In this document: piece after piece, positions 26,675 through 38,263 of the stretch
How positions within the stretch are numbered: the stretch's first letter is position 1
Layout: every line of letters starts with the position of its first letter
Source: Candidatus Kuenenbacteria bacterium RIFCSPHIGHO2_02_FULL_39_13
GTDB lineage: Bacteria > Patescibacteriota > Patescibacteriia > UBA2196 > GWA2-42-15
Length of the DNA stretch: 45,649 bases
NCBI GenBank assembly: GCA_001783595.1
Contig: MFMW01000016.1
Location: 386 to 46,034 of the forward strand
Direction of reading: 5' to 3'
Notes under the pieces: generated by a model
Databases searched by the model: none
Told to the model about the DNA's origin: nothing
What the model saw: only the letters and a program-made list of their open reading frames with translations
Position numbers and translations under genes: made by a program

Positions 26675-29600
26675 ATGGGGAAAGAAAATCATCAAGAAAA
26701 AGGGAAATTCTATTTTAATGAAACTAAAACGGCCTATACATTTGAGCCGCCTGATTTGATTGAGGTGCAGAAAAATTCCTATCAGTGGTTTTTGGACGAA
26801 GGATTGAAGGAACTGTTTGACGAAATAAACCCAATTAAAGACTATATTGGACGCGATTTGGAATTGTATTTTTTTGATTATTACTTAGATGAGCCAAAAT
26901 TTGACGAAGTGACAGCCAGAGAGAGAAATACTTCTTATGAAGCGGCCTTGCGGGTAAAGACCAAACTGGTTAATAAAAGAACAGGTGAAATAAAAGAGCA
27001 AGAGGTGTATTTGGCCGATTTTCCATTAATGACTGAACGCGGCACTTTTATTGTTAATGGCATTGAAAGAGTTATTGTCTCCCAGCTGATTCGTTCACCG
27101 GGCGCTTTTTTTACTTCAGAATATATTGCCGGCAAAAGATATTATGGCGCCAAGATTATTCCTAATCGCGGGGCTTGGCTGGAAATTGAAACAGCGCCTA
27201 ACGGGGCAATTACCGTTAAAATTGACAGAAAAAGAAAAGTGCCGGTGACAGCGCTGTTGAGAGCTTTTGGCGTTGCCGCAGACGAAGAGATAAAGGGGCT
27301 CTTTAAAGACGTGGATATTCTGCCTGATTTTAAATATATTGAGACAACTCTAGAAAAAGACATTTCTAAAAATGAGGCCGAGGGGCTGAAGGAAGTGTAT
27401 AAAAGAATTCGTCCGGGCGATTTGGCCACGGTGGAAAATGCCAGACAGCTGATTCATTCAATGTTTTTTAATTTTGACAGATATGATTTTGGCAAAGTAG
27501 GCAGATACAAATTGAACCAGAGATTCGGGGAAAAATATGAGATCAACAAAGAGAATAGAATTTTCAAGCGCCAGGATTTGATTAATATTTTAGGTGAGAT
27601 AATCAGACTTAATATTAATCAAAAAGCGGCTGATGACATTGACCATTTGGGCAACAGGAGAATCAGGGCGGTTGGCGAATTGGTGCAAAACAGGTTTAGA
27701 TTGGGCTTGGCGCGGATGGAGCGAGCCATTGTTGACAAGATGAGCACGGTTGACATTACCAATATTAATCCGGCGCAACTGATCAATACGCGGCCGATTA
27801 TGGGCGCAGTCAAAGAATTTTTTATGTCATCGCAACTCTCGCAGTTTATGGATCAGACAAATCTTTTGGCAGAGTTGGAGCATAAAAGAAGAATTTCCGC
27901 CATGGGGCCAGGGGGATTATCTCGCGAGCGCGCCGGTTTTGAAGTGCGCGATGTGCACCGCACTCATTACGGCAGGATTTGCCCGATTGCCACGCCCGAA
28001 GGGCCGAATATCGGGTTAGTCGGGCACTTGGCAACTTATGCCAGAATTAATAATTATGGATTTTTAGAAACACCGTACAGAAAGATAATTAAGGATAAAA
28101 ACGGCGGAGCAAGGGTATCGGCTGAAGTAGTATATTTAGACGCTTTTGCTGAAGAAAAAGCGGTTATTACCGCCGCCACCGAGCCAGTGGATGATCAGGG
28201 GTATTTTAAGAATGAAAAAGCGGGCGTGAGAAAAGAGGGCGAGCCAGTGCTTGGTCATGTGAGTGAGATTGATTATATGGATGTGGCGCCTAATCAGATT
28301 GTTTCAGTGGCGACATCTTTGATACCATTTTTAGAGCATAATGACGCGGTTAGGGCGCTGATGGGAACCAATATGCAGCGCCAAGCTGTGCCAGTGGTCT
28401 GGCCGGCCAAGCCGTTGGTGGTAACAGGCATTGAAGAGCGCGCGGCTAAGGATTCTGGCCAGGTGCTTTTGGTTAAAAAGGCCGGCAAGGCAATAACCGT
28501 GCAGGCAGACAAAGTTGAGGTTTTAGAAAATGACGGCAATGTGCGCCGCTATAATTTAGTTAAATTCGTCCGCTCCAATGCTTCAACATGTTTAAATCAT
28601 CGGGTGTTGATTGAAAAGGACGAACAGCTTAAAGTTGGGCAGGTGATAGCGGATGCTTCGGCTTGCGACCATGGTGAGCTGGCTTTGGGGCAGAATTTAC
28701 TGGTAGCTTTTATGCCTTGGCAGGGCGGCAATTATGAAGATGCGATTTTAATTTCTGAACGATTGGTCCATCAGGATAAATATACCTCAATTCATATTGA
28801 GGATTATACGATTGACGTGCGCGAAACAAAGCTTGGACCAGAAATAGTAACCAGGGACATTCCTAATATCGGCGAGGAAAAATTAAAGAACTTGGATGAG
28901 GATGGCATTATCCGCGTTGGCGCGGAAGTTTCTTCAGGCGACATATTGGCCGGCAAGATTACTCCCAAGGGCGAGACTGAACTGACTGCCGAGGAAAGGC
29001 TGCTGCGAGCTATTTTTGGCGAAAAAGCGAAAGAGGTGAGAGACACCTCCCTTTATTTGGAGCATGGCGAGCATGGCAAAATAATTGATGTCAAAATATT
29101 TACTCGCGTCCAAGGCGATAAGCTGGCGGCCGGAGTAATAAAACAGATTCAAGTGACCATTGCGCATTTAAGAAAAGTTCAGGTGGGCGACAAGATGGCC
29201 GGCCGGCATGGCAACAAGGGCGTGATTTCCAGAATCGTGGCAGTGGAAGATCTGCCTTATTTGTCTGATGGCACGCCAGTGGATATTATTTTAAATCCGC
29301 TGGGCGTGGCTTCGCGTATGAATTTGGGCCAAATTCTGGAAACGCATTTGGGGCTGGTGGCGCATAAAAAGAATTTAAATCTTGTGACGCCTGTTTTAAA
29401 TGGCGTGCCAGAAGAGCGGATTAGACAGGAATTAAAGGAGTTGGGTTATGCGGAAACGGGCAAAATGAAATTGGTTGACGGGAGAACGGGCGAAAAATTT
29501 CAACTGGAAACAACCGTTGGCTATATTTATATGATGAAATTGGTGCATATGGTGGAAGACAAAATTCATCAGCGATCAATCGGGCCGTATTCGCTGGTGA

Positions 29601-29968
29601 CACAGCAGCCCTTAGGCGGCAAGGCGCAGTTTGGCGGGCAGAGATTCGGCGAGATGGAAGTCTGGGCGCTTGAGGCTTACGGGGCGGCTTATACTCTGCA
29701 AGAAATTTTAACCATCAAGTCAGATGATGTGCCAGGCAGGTCAAAAGCTTACGAGTCAATTATTAAAGGCGAGCCAATCAACAAACTTAACGTTCCAGAA
29801 TCATTTAATGTGCTTGTCCGTGAATTAAAAGGACTTTGTCTTGACGTGGAATTATTAAAAGAAGGCCAAGTAGTGCTGGAGTCAGAAGAAGACGAGTATA
29901 CTAACGGCAGTCAAGACAAAAAGGCGGAAAATATTGGCATAGCCAAGAAAGGAAAAGATTATGTTTAA
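26675..29968 (+). CDS. rpoB: DNA-directed RNA polymerase subunit beta
   Basis: 1097 aa with conserved blocks (GTFIVNGIERVIVSQL, NMQRQAVP, GRHGNKGV, SDDVxGR). Confidence 0.98.
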   Translation: MGKENHQEKGKFYFNETKTAYTFEPPDLIEVQKNSYQWFLDEGLKELFDEINPIKDYIGRDLELYFFDYYLDEPKFDEVTARERNTSYEAALRVKTKLVNKRTGEIKEQEVYLADFPLMTERGTFIVNGIERVIVSQLIRSPGAFFTSEYIAGKRYYGAKIIPNRGAWLEIETAPNGAITVKIDRKRKVPVTALLRAFGVAADEEIKGLFKDVDILPDFKYIETTLEKDISKNEAEGLKEVYKRIRPGDLATVENARQLIHSMFFNFDRYDFGKVGRYKLNQRFGEKYEINKENRIFKRQDLINILGEIIRLNINQKAADDIDHLGNRRIRAVGELVQNRFRLGLARMERAIVDKMSTVDITNINPAQLINTRPIMGAVKEFFMSSQLSQFMDQTNLLAELEHKRRISAMGPGGLSRERAGFEVRDVHRTHYGRICPIATPEGPNIGLVGHLATYARINNYGFLETPYRKIIKDKNGGARVSAEVVYLDAFAEEKAVITAATEPVDDQGYFKNEKAGVRKEGEPVLGHVSEIDYMDVAPNQIVSVATSLIPFLEHNDAVRALMGTNMQRQAVPVVWPAKPLVVTGIEERAAKDSGQVLLVKKAGKAITVQADKVEVLENDGNVRRYNLVKFVRSNASTCLNHRVLIEKDEQLKVGQVIADASACDHGELALGQNLLVAFMPWQGGNYEDAILISERLVHQDKYTSIHIEDYTIDVRETKLGPEIVTRDIPNIGEEKLKNLDEDGIIRVGAEVSSGDILAGKITPKGETELTAEERLLRAIFGEKAKEVRDTSLYLEHGEHGKIIDVKIFTRVQGDKLAAGVIKQIQVTIAHLRKVQVGDKMAGRHGNKGVISRIVAVEDLPYLSDGTPVDIILNPLGVASRMNLGQILETHLGLVAHKKNLNLVTPVLNGVPEERIRQELKELGYAETGKMKLVDGRTGEKFQLETTVGYIYMMKLVHMVEDKIHQRSIGPYSLVTQQPLGGKAQFGGQRFGEMEVWALEAYGAAYTLQEILTIKSDDVPGRSKAYESIIKGEPINKLNVPESFNVLVRELKGLCLDVELLKEGQVVLESEEDEYTNGSQDKKAENIGIAKKGKDYV

Positions 29969-32900
29969 TGAATTAAAACAAAAGGTGTTGGATTTTGACA
30001 GCATCCGCTTGAAATTAGCTTCACCGGAAGTCATCCATAATTGGTCGCATGGCGAGGTCTTAAAACCGGAAACTATTAATTACCGCACCCAAAAGCCGGA
30101 GAAAGACGGACTGTTCTGCGAGCGGATTTTTGGTCCGACAAAAGATTGGGAGTGTTATTGCGGGAAATATAAAAGGATTCGCTATAAGGGAATAATTTGC
30201 GACAAATGCGGAGTTGAAGTGACCAGGTCAATTGTCAGGCGCGAGCGCATGGGCCATATTGATTTAGTCGTGTCCGTTTCTCATATCTGGTTTTTGCGCG
30301 GCGTGCCTTCAAAGCTCGGATTGGTAATGGATATTTCTCCGCAGGCGCTGGAAAAAGTAATCTATTTCGCGGATTACATTATCCTTAATGTTAATGAGGA
30401 ACTGAAAGGGCAAACAAAAGAGCAGGTTGTTGACGAGTATAAGAGTAAAAAAAAGGCGATTGAAAGCGATTTTAATAATAAAATAAAACAGGTGAAAACC
30501 GTTGGCGCTGAAGGAGTGGAAGCAAAAATTAAAAAATTTGATGAAGAGAAAAGAGAAGCGCTTAAAGAACTGTCTGACGCTTTGGAGCGGGCCAAAAGAG
30601 AAATTGCCGAATTGCTGCCGTTGAAAATTATTTCCGAGAGCGTTTATCAGGATTTGTCTTTGAAATACGGCCATTTATTTGAAGCAGGCATTGGGGCAGA
30701 GGCAATCAGAAATATTTTATCTAATATGGATTTGGCGGCCACGGTCGCTCAAATTGAGGAGGAGATCAAAAAAGCGAGCGGCGGTTCAAAAAAGAAACTA
30801 GCCAAAAGATTGAAACTCTTGAATGCTTTGATAAAAAATAAAATTAAGCCTGAATGGATGGTGATCAGAACTATTCCGGTTATTCCCCCGGATTTAAGGC
30901 CTATGGTCCAGTTGGACGGCGGTCGCTTCGCGGCCAGTGATCTGAATGACCTGTATCGCCGGGTGATTAACAGAAATAATCGTTTAAAAAAATTGATTGA
31001 GCTGAACGCGCCGGAAGTAATCTGCCGCAACGAGAAAAGAATGCTGCAGGAAGCAGTTGATTCACTCATAGATAATTCTGCCCGCCATGGCAAAACCGTC
31101 ACTGCTTCAACAGGGCAGAAAAGAGTTTTAAAGTCTTTGGCCGACATATTAAAAGGAAAGCAGGGTCGCTTCCGCCAGAATCTTTTAGGCAAAAGAGTAG
31201 ATTATTCCGGCAGAAGCGTAATTGTGGTTGGGCCATATTTAAAGATTAACGAATGCGGCTTGCCCAAAAGGATGGCGTTGGAACTATTTAAGCCGTTTAT
31301 TATAGCTGGATTAATTAAGCGAGAATACGTGCATAATGTCAGAAGCGCCAATAGATTTATTGAATCAGACAGAAACGAGGTGTGGGATATTTTAGAAGGC
31401 ATTACTAAGCAGGCGCATGTACTTTTAAATCGCGCGCCAACATTGCATCGGCTGGGCATTCAAGCGTTTAAACCGATTTTAATTGAGGGCAAAGCGATCC
31501 AACTTCATCCGTTGGTTTGTCCGCCGTTTAATGCCGACTTTGACGGCGATCAGATGGCGGTTCATGTGCCTTTGACTGAAGGGGCAAAACGTGAAGCGGC
31601 GGAATTAATACTCTCGTCTAAAAATATTTTAAAGCCGGCGACAGGCGATCCGTCAATTACGCCTTCGCAGGATTTTGTGCTGGGCTGTTATCTGCTGACA
31701 ACGATTCATAATGAAGATGATAATCATGAGAAAGGCAGAATATTTTCATCGGCCGTGGAGGCCAGACAGGCTTTGGAGGCTGACGTGATTGGGCTGGCGG
31801 ACAAGATTAAAGTAAGAATTGGCAAAGAATTATCAAGCACTTCAATCGGCCGGGTTATTTTTAATGAAATTGTGCCGAGTAAGCTTGGTTTTATAAATAA
31901 ACAAACTGACAAAGGAACATTAAAAGGATTAGTCAAAGAAGTAATTCATCTTTATGGCCGGGACAGGGCAGTGATTTTTTTAGATGATATTAAAGATTTG
32001 GCCTTAAAATATATTACTCTCTCCGGCATTTCTTGGGGTATGGATGATTTGCCGGTCATGCCGGAAAAGCATCAAGTTTTTGAGGCAGCGGAAAGGGAGG
32101 TAGAGGAAGTGGAAAGCCAATATGAGCAGGGTTTTTTAACCAATGAGGAGAGACATATAAAGATTATTGAAATTTGGGCGGGTGTTAAAGATAAAATCAT
32201 AGATATGAGTAAAGATAAGCTGGATAAAAACGGCGCGGTGTTTGCCATGATGAATTCTGGCGCGCGCGGTTCCTGGGGGCAGACAACGCAGATGATGGGC
32301 ATGAGGGGGCTGATGGCCAGTCCGTCCGGCGAAACTATTGAGCTGCCGGTGAAAGCGTCTTTAAAGGAAGGGATGGATGTTTTGGAATATTTTATTACCA
32401 CTCACGGAGCGAGGAAAGGGCTGTCTGACACGGCCTTAAGAACAGCCAATGCCGGATATTTGACCAGACGTTTAATTGACGTGGCCCAGGACGTGATTGT
32501 GAAAGAGGCTGATTGCGGGAACAAGGAAGGGATGCTGATAATTAAAAAAACATCAATAGAAATGAATGAGACAATTGCCAAAAGAGTTCGGGGCAGAGTG
32601 TTGCTTGAAGACATCAAGGATCATAAAGGGAAGTTAATAGCCAAAGCAGGCGAGATAATTGATGATGATATAGCCAAGGAAATTGAAAAGGCTGATTTAG
32701 AACAGGTAAAAATCAGGTCAATTTTAACTTGTGAATCAAAAAGGGGAGTGTGCCAGCAATGTTACGGCTGGGATTTGGGCCATAATGAGTTGGTTAACAA
32801 AGGGACGGCCGTGGGAATCGTCGCCGCTCAATCTATTGGCGAGCCAGGGACGCAGCTGACCATGAGAACATTTCACACAGGCGGCGTGGCCGGAGCAGGC

Positions 32901-33815
32901 GATATTACTCAAGGGCTGCCCAGAGTAGAAGAGATTTTTGAAGCGCGGCCGATTAAGCGGCCGGCGCTCTTGTCTCCGCTCGCCGGCCAAGTGCAAATAA
33001 TAAGCAATGAAATTACAAGGGAGAAGGTGTTAAAAATTAATGGCCTGGACAGGAAGGAGGAAACGTTTGAGATTAATAAAGAAGACAAAGGCTTGATTGC
33101 TTTTAAAAACGGTAAAAAAGTAAAAAAGGGCGATGAGATATTTAAAGGGCGGAATAAGATTAGCGCTCCTTTTGAAGGCAAATTGCATATTTATCCCGAG
33201 GGCGAAAAAATTATTTTAAAGGTGGCGCAAGAAAGGGAAGCTGAAGAAGAAATAAACATTGGCCGCGGAGTCAATGTCATGGTTAATAATGGCGATATGG
33301 TTGAGCGCGGCGAGCAATTGTCAAACGGGCCCGTTGATTTGTTTGAACTTTACAGGTTAAGAGGACAGCGGGCAGTGGAGGATTATATTATCAAGGAAAT
33401 CCAGTATGTTTATTCATCTCAAGGCCAGCCTTTAAATGATAAACATGTGGAAGTGATCATTCGCCAGATGTTTTCCAAGGTGAGCATTGAAGAGGCGGGG
33501 GACACCATATTTTCGCCAGGCGAAGTTGTGGAAAGAAATGAACTTGTCGAGGAGAATAAAAAAGTTCGGGCAGAAGGAAAATCAGCGGCGACATGTAAAA
33601 CAGTGCTCTTGGGGATTACTAAATCATCTTTGGCAACCCAGTCCTTTTTGTCCGCCGCCTCATTTCAAGAGACAACCAGAGTTTTAATTGACGCGGCAAT
33701 TACAGGCAAGGTTGATCATTTAAGAGGACTGAAAGAAAATGTGATTATTGGCAAACTTATTCCGGCTGGCACAGGCTTTGATAAGGAAAATTTTTTAAAG
33801 GCCAGCCTTAAATAA
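29961..33815 (+). CDS. rpoC: DNA-directed RNA polymerase subunit beta'
   Basis: 1284 aa. Zinc-finger Cx[12 protein letters not shown], the catalytic NADFDGDQM motif and a trigger-loop region. 8-nt overlap with rpoB. Confidence 0.98.
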   Translation: MFNELKQKVLDFDSIRLKLASPEVIHNWSHGEVLKPETINYRTQKPEKDGLFCERIFGPTKDWECYCGKYKRIRYKGIICDKCGVEVTRSIVRRERMGHIDLVVSVSHIWFLRGVPSKLGLVMDISPQALEKVIYFADYIILNVNEELKGQTKEQVVDEYKSKKKAIESDFNNKIKQVKTVGAEGVEAKIKKFDEEKREALKELSDALERAKREIAELLPLKIISESVYQDLSLKYGHLFEAGIGAEAIRNILSNMDLAATVAQIEEEIKKASGGSKKKLAKRLKLLNALIKNKIKPEWMVIRTIPVIPPDLRPMVQLDGGRFAASDLNDLYRRVINRNNRLKKLIELNAPEVICRNEKRMLQEAVDSLIDNSARHGKTVTASTGQKRVLKSLADILKGKQGRFRQNLLGKRVDYSGRSVIVVGPYLKINECGLPKRMALELFKPFIIAGLIKREYVHNVRSANRFIESDRNEVWDILEGITKQAHVLLNRAPTLHRLGIQAFKPILIEGKAIQLHPLVCPPFNADFDGDQMAVHVPLTEGAKREAAELILSSKNILKPATGDPSITPSQDFVLGCYLLTTIHNEDDNHEKGRIFSSAVEARQALEADVIGLADKIKVRIGKELSSTSIGRVIFNEIVPSKLGFINKQTDKGTLKGLVKEVIHLYGRDRAVIFLDDIKDLALKYITLSGISWGMDDLPVMPEKHQVFEAAEREVEEVESQYEQGFLTNEERHIKIIEIWAGVKDKIIDMSKDKLDKNGAVFAMMNSGARGSWGQTTQMMGMRGLMASPSGETIELPVKASLKEGMDVLEYFITTHGARKGLSDTALRTANAGYLTRRLIDVAQDVIVKEADCGNKEGMLIIKKTSIEMNETIAKRVRGRVLLEDIKDHKGKLIAKAGEIIDDDIAKEIEKADLEQVKIRSILTCESKRGVCQQCYGWDLGHNELVNKGTAVGIVAAQSIGEPGTQLTMRTFHTGGVAGAGDITQGLPRVEEIFEARPIKRPALLSPLAGQVQIISNEITREKVLKINGLDRKEETFEINKEDKGLIAFKNGKKVKKGDEIFKGRNKISAPFEGKLHIYPEGEKIILKVAQEREAEEEINIGRGVNVMVNNGDMVERGEQLSNGPVDLFELYRLRGQRAVEDYIIKEIQYVYSSQGQPLNDKHVEVIIRQMFSKVSIEEAGDTIFSPGEVVERNELVEENKKVRAEGKSAATCKTVLLGITKSSLATQSFLSAASFQETTRVLIDAAITGKVDHLRGLKENVIIGKLIPAGTGFDKENFLKASLK

Positions 33816-34514
33816 TCAATTCCAATGCTTGACTTTAAGCGCTTTAGCGGCCGCATCCATCTGCGCTTCCTGCTTTGACGTCCCTCTGCCCTCGGCGGCT
33901 AACTCGTCTTCCAAATATACTCCGATCACAAAATTTTTGGCGTGGTCTGGTCCGCTCTCGCTTAACACCCGATAACCCGGAGTAATGCCAACTTTTTCCT
34001 GCGCCAATTCCTGAAAATGAGATTTAGCGTCCATATACAATTTATTTTTTAGAATATGAGGCAGTTTAACTAAGAGATGTTTGGTGACGAATTCTTTGAC
34101 CGTCTCCCAGCCCATATCCAAATAAATCGCGCCGATCAATGCCTCGGTGGCATTAGCTAAAATATAATTTCTGGCTTTAGGATTGCCATCTTTTGCCTCG
34201 CCGCGCGATAAATATAAATAATCATACAAACCAAACTCCTCCGCCACTTCAGCTAAACTGCTGCCATTAACCAAGGCCGCCCGCCAGTTGGTCAGCTCTC
34301 CTTCCGGATTCTGGTAATTTTGATACAAATATTCCGTGACTACCAGCTCCAAAACCGCATCGCCCAAAAATTCCAGACGTTCATTGTGGTTCAAGGCAAA
34401 ACTCGGATGTTCATTAATATACGAGCGATGAACCATGGCTGCTTTGAGTAAATCTTTGTTTTTAAAATTAACCCCGATCTTTTTTTCCAATTCTTTTAAT
34501 TTGTCCTTGGACAT
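33816..34514 (-). CDS. rnc: ribonuclease III
   Basis: 232 aa. NERLEFLGDAVLELV signature and a C-terminal dsRBD (GPDHAKNF..GRGTSKQEAQ). Confidence 0.95.
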   Translation of the reverse strand: MSKDKLKELEKKIGVNFKNKDLLKAAMVHRSYINEHPSFALNHNERLEFLGDAVLELVVTEYLYQNYQNPEGELTNWRAALVNGSSLAEVAEEFGLYDYLYLSRGEAKDGNPKARNYILANATEALIGAIYLDMGWETVKEFVTKHLLVKLPHILKNKLYMDAKSHFQELAQEKVGITPGYRVLSESGPDHAKNFVIGVYLEDELAAEGRGTSKQEAQMDAAAKALKVKHWN

Positions 34515-34649
34515 AAAAAATATCCCACCACTAATCTACAAATCCGCTGCAAATCTACAAATAGCCATTATTAAAAATTAGTACTCGCAGATTTACATTT
34601 GATTTAACAGATCAATAAATTAATTAATAAAATTTAATGCTTAACGACC

Positions 34650-35132
34650 CTAATCACTCTTTTTGTCTTTTTGCAACTGCTGCTTGATTTTATCAGGCGT
34701 AATGACATCATCATCCTCTATTGCCGTTTCCCTGAAAATCGCGCCCAAAACTCCATTAACAAAGCGACCCGATGAATCTCCCCCGTAAGCCTTGGCAATC
34801 TCTATTGCCTCATTGATGGCTACCTTGGGCGGCACCTGTTTGGCTATTAAAAGCTCATAAATGCCAAGCCGCAAAATATTTCTGTCAATAATCGTAATTT
34901 TGTCAATGGGCCACTCCGGTGCGTATTTGACTATTGTCTTGTCAATTTCACTCATATTTTTTGTCACCCCGCGGACAAGCGTTTCAATAAATTTCTGATC
35001 CTCATACAGCCCGGGCGCAAATTCTTCCATATTGCGCTCTATCACCTCAACTAATTTCTGGCTGCGATTATTAAAATCCCACTCAAAAAGTATTTGCATA
35101 GCCACGGTTCTTGCCAAGTGTCTATTAGACAT
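34650..35132 (-). CDS. nusB: transcription antitermination factor NusB
   Basis: 160 aa. R.ARE-like N-terminus ([17 protein letters not shown]), [25 protein letters not shown]. Confidence 0.9.
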   Translation of the reverse strand: MSNRHLARTVAMQILFEWDFNNRSQKLVEVIERNMEEFAPGLYEDQKFIETLVRGVTKNMSEIDKTIVKYAPEWPIDKITIIDRNILRLGIYELLIAKQVPPKVAINEAIEIAKAYGGDSSGRFVNGVLGAIFRETAIEDDDVITPDKIKQQLQKDKKSD

Positions 35133-35150
35133 AGTTGTCTTACGAATTAA

Positions 35151-35393
35151 TTATTGCTTTTTATTTTTCTTCTCCTCTTTGCCGCCTTTGGCTGATTTCT
35201 TCCTAAACTTTTTAGGCACTCTTATCTTAAAAGCTTTATTTCCATCATAAGTCCCGCAATTAGCGCAAGCCCTGTGCGGCCTGACGGGCTTTTTACATTT
35301 TGGACAAACTGATAAATTTATCTTTTTTAGTTTCAGCTGACCTCTTCTAACTTTCTTTCTGGAACTGGTGTGTTTTTGGGTTGGCGTTGGCAT
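35151..35393 (-). CDS. rpmF: 50S ribosomal protein L32 with a Lys-rich C-terminal extension
   Basis: 80 aa. MPTPTQKHTSSRKKVRR N-terminus and the zinc ribbon CPKC..CANCG. Confidence 0.9.
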   Translation of the reverse strand: MPTPTQKHTSSRKKVRRGQLKLKKINLSVCPKCKKPVRPHRACANCGTYDGNKAFKIRVPKKFRKKSAKGGKEEKKNKKQ

Positions 35394-35459
35394 TTTGATT
35401 AAAATTTAATGGCTAAGACGTTAACTATATCATAACTTAAAAAAATATTCTTGGCAAAG

Positions 35460-36035
35460 TTACTTAATAATCTTATCAATTACCCCGTATTTAACAGCTT
35501 CTTCCGCGCTCATAAAATAATCCCTGTCAGTGTCTTTTTCAATCTTGCTTAAAGATTGTCCGGTGTGCTTGACTAATATTCTGTTCAACTTATCCTTTAT
35601 TTTTAAAATATGTTCGGCCCTAATCTTTACATCCGATGCTTGGCCTTCGGCTCCGCCCATTACCTGATGCAACATCACTTCGGCATTAGGCAAAGCCATC
35701 CTTTTGCCAGCAGCGCCGGCCGTCAAAATCACCGCAGCCATACTGCCAGCCATACCCACGCAAATTGTTGACACATCAGATTTGACATACTGCATCGTAT
35801 CATATATTGCCATACCAGCAGTGACTGATCCGCCAGGAGAATTAATATATAATTTGATGTCTTTTTCCTTGTTTTGTGACTCTAAAAATAACAGCTGGGC
35901 AATAATAGTGTTGGCCAAACCGTCATTTATTGAATCGCCTAAAAAAATTATGCGCTCCTTTAAAAGCCGCGAATAGATATCATAGGCCCGTTCACCCATT
36001 TGTGACTTTTCTATAACAGTGGGAATTAAAAACAT
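35460..36035 (-). CDS. clpP: ATP-dependent Clp protease proteolytic subunit
   Basis: Start set at the internal ATG ([25 protein letters not shown]), which matches the usual ClpP N-terminus and removes the overlap with the upstream gene. Ser/His/Asp context [11 protein letters not shown]. Confidence 0.92.
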   Translation of the reverse strand: MFLIPTVIEKSQMGERAYDIYSRLLKERIIFLGDSINDGLANTIIAQLLFLESQNKEKDIKLYINSPGGSVTAGMAIYDTMQYVKSDVSTICVGMAGSMAAVILTAGAAGKRMALPNAEVMLHQVMGGAEGQASDVKIRAEHILKIKDKLNRILVKHTGQSLSKIEKDTDRDYFMSAEEAVKYGVIDKIIK

Positions 36036-36058
36036 AAATTTATTAAGATAATTTAAAA

Positions 36059-37036
36059 TTATACTATCCTCCACCCTTCTCCCTCTTGTTCCAGCCTGCC
36101 CATAATGGTAAATCCCGCCGCTTTTTTATGCCCTCCGCCGCCAAAATATCTGGCCAGTTCTGCCGCGTTGGCTCCTTTATCAATCGCCCGGATGCTCACT
36201 TTTATTTCTCCGTCTCTTATTTCTTTGATTATCATACTTATCCTTGCTTCAGCCAAGTTACTCAAAAAATTTGACATGCCTTCAGTTTCTTCAGTTCCTG
36301 CTTCTTCAATGTCTTCAGCTAATATCACGCTATAGGCAATATTGAGTGTATCATTTTTTTTAAGCCGCTTCAATAGCCGCGACCATAATTTTAAGCCATC
36401 TCGGGTTTTTGTCTGATATAATTGGCGGCTAACCATATTAAATTTCGCTCCCTGTTGAAGCAACTTTGCGCTTAGCCCTAGAGATTTGTCATTAGTGGCG
36501 CTGTTCATAAAATTCATAGTATCAACCAATATCCCTGCCAGCAGTGAAGTCGCCATATCTTTATTAATCACCACCCGCCAGACCCTTAAAATATCATATA
36601 AGATGACGGTGGTTGAAGATGCCTGATCATCAACAATATTGATTGCGCCATAATTACTTGGGTGATGGTCAATATTAATTATTTTCACGCCCCTTTCTTT
36701 TAAGCGGTTTAACTCGATTTCTACCCCGCTATACTTCAGATCAGCAGTATCAAGACAAATCACTAAATCAAAACTATGATTAAAAATATTTTTATCGCTC
36801 CTAATCTCCAGGCTGTGCTTTAAATATTCCAGATTAACCGGCAGTTCATCAGCTGAAAAAGCAGCGTAATTTTTATTAATGCTTTTTAAATATTCCACCA
36901 TAGCGGTCAGACAGCCAATAGTATCGCCGTCAGGATTTTTATGCCCGACTAACAAAATTTTTTGGGCATCTTTAATTAATCCTCCTAATTCTTTTATTTG
37001 TTGCTCATTAATTTTTGTTTCTAACTCAAAATTCAT
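36059..37036 (-). CDS. DHH/DHHA1 phosphoesterase (NrnA-like oligoribonuclease / pAp phosphatase)
   Basis: 325 aa with canonical motifs [20 protein letters not shown] and [11 protein letters not shown]. Confidence 0.85.
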   Translation of the reverse strand: MNFELETKINEQQIKELGGLIKDAQKILLVGHKNPDGDTIGCLTAMVEYLKSINKNYAAFSADELPVNLEYLKHSLEIRSDKNIFNHSFDLVICLDTADLKYSGVEIELNRLKERGVKIINIDHHPSNYGAINIVDDQASSTTVILYDILRVWRVVINKDMATSLLAGILVDTMNFMNSATNDKSLGLSAKLLQQGAKFNMVSRQLYQTKTRDGLKLWSRLLKRLKKNDTLNIAYSVILAEDIEEAGTEETEGMSNFLSNLAEARISMIIKEIRDGEIKVSIRAIDKGANAAELARYFGGGGHKKAAGFTIMGRLEQEGEGWRIV

Positions 37037-37159
37037 ATTAAATCATTCTAACAAGAATTAAATTTAGTGTCAAATCCCTGCACAAAGTTATTCGCAAACA
37101 AAAACTCTGCCATAAAGCAGGGTTTTGTTTGTAAATTTTGAATTAATTATTGAACGGTT

Positions 37160-37558
37160 TTATTTTCTCGCAACTTCTTTAATAAACTTGATAATTTCTT
37201 CAGCTGAATCAATTGCTTTTTTGGCTTCTTTTTTGCCGGCTGGCGGATATTCAGTTAGGGGATATCTGGCAATCAGATAAAATTGGCTTAAGTAACTTGT
37301 TTCGTCCGCAAAATCCAAAAAATCTTTTTCTATCTCGGCACATAATTTTAACAATTTAGTCAAATCGTGAATTTTGGGAAAACTATTTTTATGCAAAATT
37401 AAAAATCCTTTTAAATATTTTTCCGCTGCCTGCTGGGCGATAAAACAAATTTGCGCATAAAAAGCGCCAAATTCTTCAAAACTTGTTTGCGCGTATTTTA
37501 AATCATTGTCACCAATCGCAAACCACTTTTTAGCTTGCTGGCTATTTTTTTGCTTCAT
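37160..37558 (-). CDS. HEPN-domain protein (toxin of a HEPN/MNT pair)
   Basis: Start set at the internal ATG (MKQKNSQQAKKWF). QQAAEKYLKGFL and KIHDLTKLL are typical of small HEPN proteins. Overlaps the end of the upstream MNT gene. Confidence 0.75.
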   Translation of the reverse strand: MKQKNSQQAKKWFAIGDNDLKYAQTSFEEFGAFYAQICFIAQQAAEKYLKGFLILHKNSFPKIHDLTKLLKLCAEIEKDFLDFADETSYLSQFYLIARYPLTEYPPAGKKEAKKAIDSAEEIIKFIKEVARK

Positions 37559-37853
37559 ACAAAACCTTGCCGTTTTGAATGATGTCTTTAATAAAAAAAT
37601 CATCCACTAACAGACGACGTTTAATTTCTTGCGGTGTCATGACCAAAATATCAAAAGCAAAATCGGACCCCAATAAATATTTTCTCACTTCAGGAATTCT
37701 TTCATAAGGATTTTGTTTGGTATCTTTGATAATCAACAAATCCACATCGGAATCTTGATTTATTTTTCCATTAACATAACTGCCAAATAAAATTATCTTT
37801 TTAGGCTTATAATTCCTTAATTTCTTGGCAATGGTCAATATTTTTTTAGACAT
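37542..37853 (-). CDS. minimal nucleotidyltransferase (MNT) domain protein
   Basis: 103 aa. The LFGSYVNG..DSDVDLLII pattern (GS..DxD) of pol-beta-superfamily NTases. Confidence 0.8.
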   Translation of the reverse strand: MSKKILTIAKKLRNYKPKKIILFGSYVNGKINQDSDVDLLIIKDTKQNPYERIPEVRKYLLGSDFAFDILVMTPQEIKRRLLVDDFFIKDIIQNGKVLYEAKK

Positions 37854-37987
37854 AAAAATATTTTGTCTGCTCTAAAACCTCATCGCGAATATATGGACTT
37901 AAAGCGCCTCGCGTCACCAGATCAACTGGTAAATTTAATTTTAGAAATTAAATCCTTAAAATTAATTTGGGGAAATGTCTTGTTCAT
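37846..37987 (-). pseudogene. decayed nucleotidyltransferase gene remnant
   Basis: Minus strand reads MNKTFPQINFKDLISKIKFTS-stop. In another frame it reads VDLVTRGALSPYIRDEVLEQTKYFYV-stop, an MNT-like C-terminus. The catalytic core is missing. Confidence 0.45.
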
Positions 37988-38046
37988 ACTTTTATCTTAG
38001 CATAAATATTTGAAAAGTAAAACAACTGCCCGTCAGATACAACCCC

Positions 38047-38074
38047 TTGACTTTTTTTGACAATCTGCTACAAT
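38047..38074 (+). promoter_or_regulatory. putative sigma70 promoter for the DGR target gene
   Basis: TTGACT, 16-nt spacer, TACAAT, about 190 nt upstream of the target ATG. Confidence 0.5.
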
Positions 38075-38263
38075 AATGGTGTTATAAAATTCTTTGAAAA
38101 TATGGTTTAGAAATATGAGACGAGCGCCTTGGACGCTATAAAATATATAGTTTTCAAAGCGCTCGTCTCAAACAAGAGATAAGACCGTAGCCCCGCGGCA
38201 AGGGGTATCCGCTCTCTAAAGTCCTTAAAGGATGTGGAGAACAAATCAAAAAGGAGGTGTGCA

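Noticed and set aside
30309-33181. Numerous 70-147 aa antisense ORFs within rpoC, and similar ones within rpoB, polA, glyA, infB and pilT (for example 21480..21806).
   Set aside because: They are shadow ORFs opposite long, well-conserved genes, with low-complexity translations and no independent signals.
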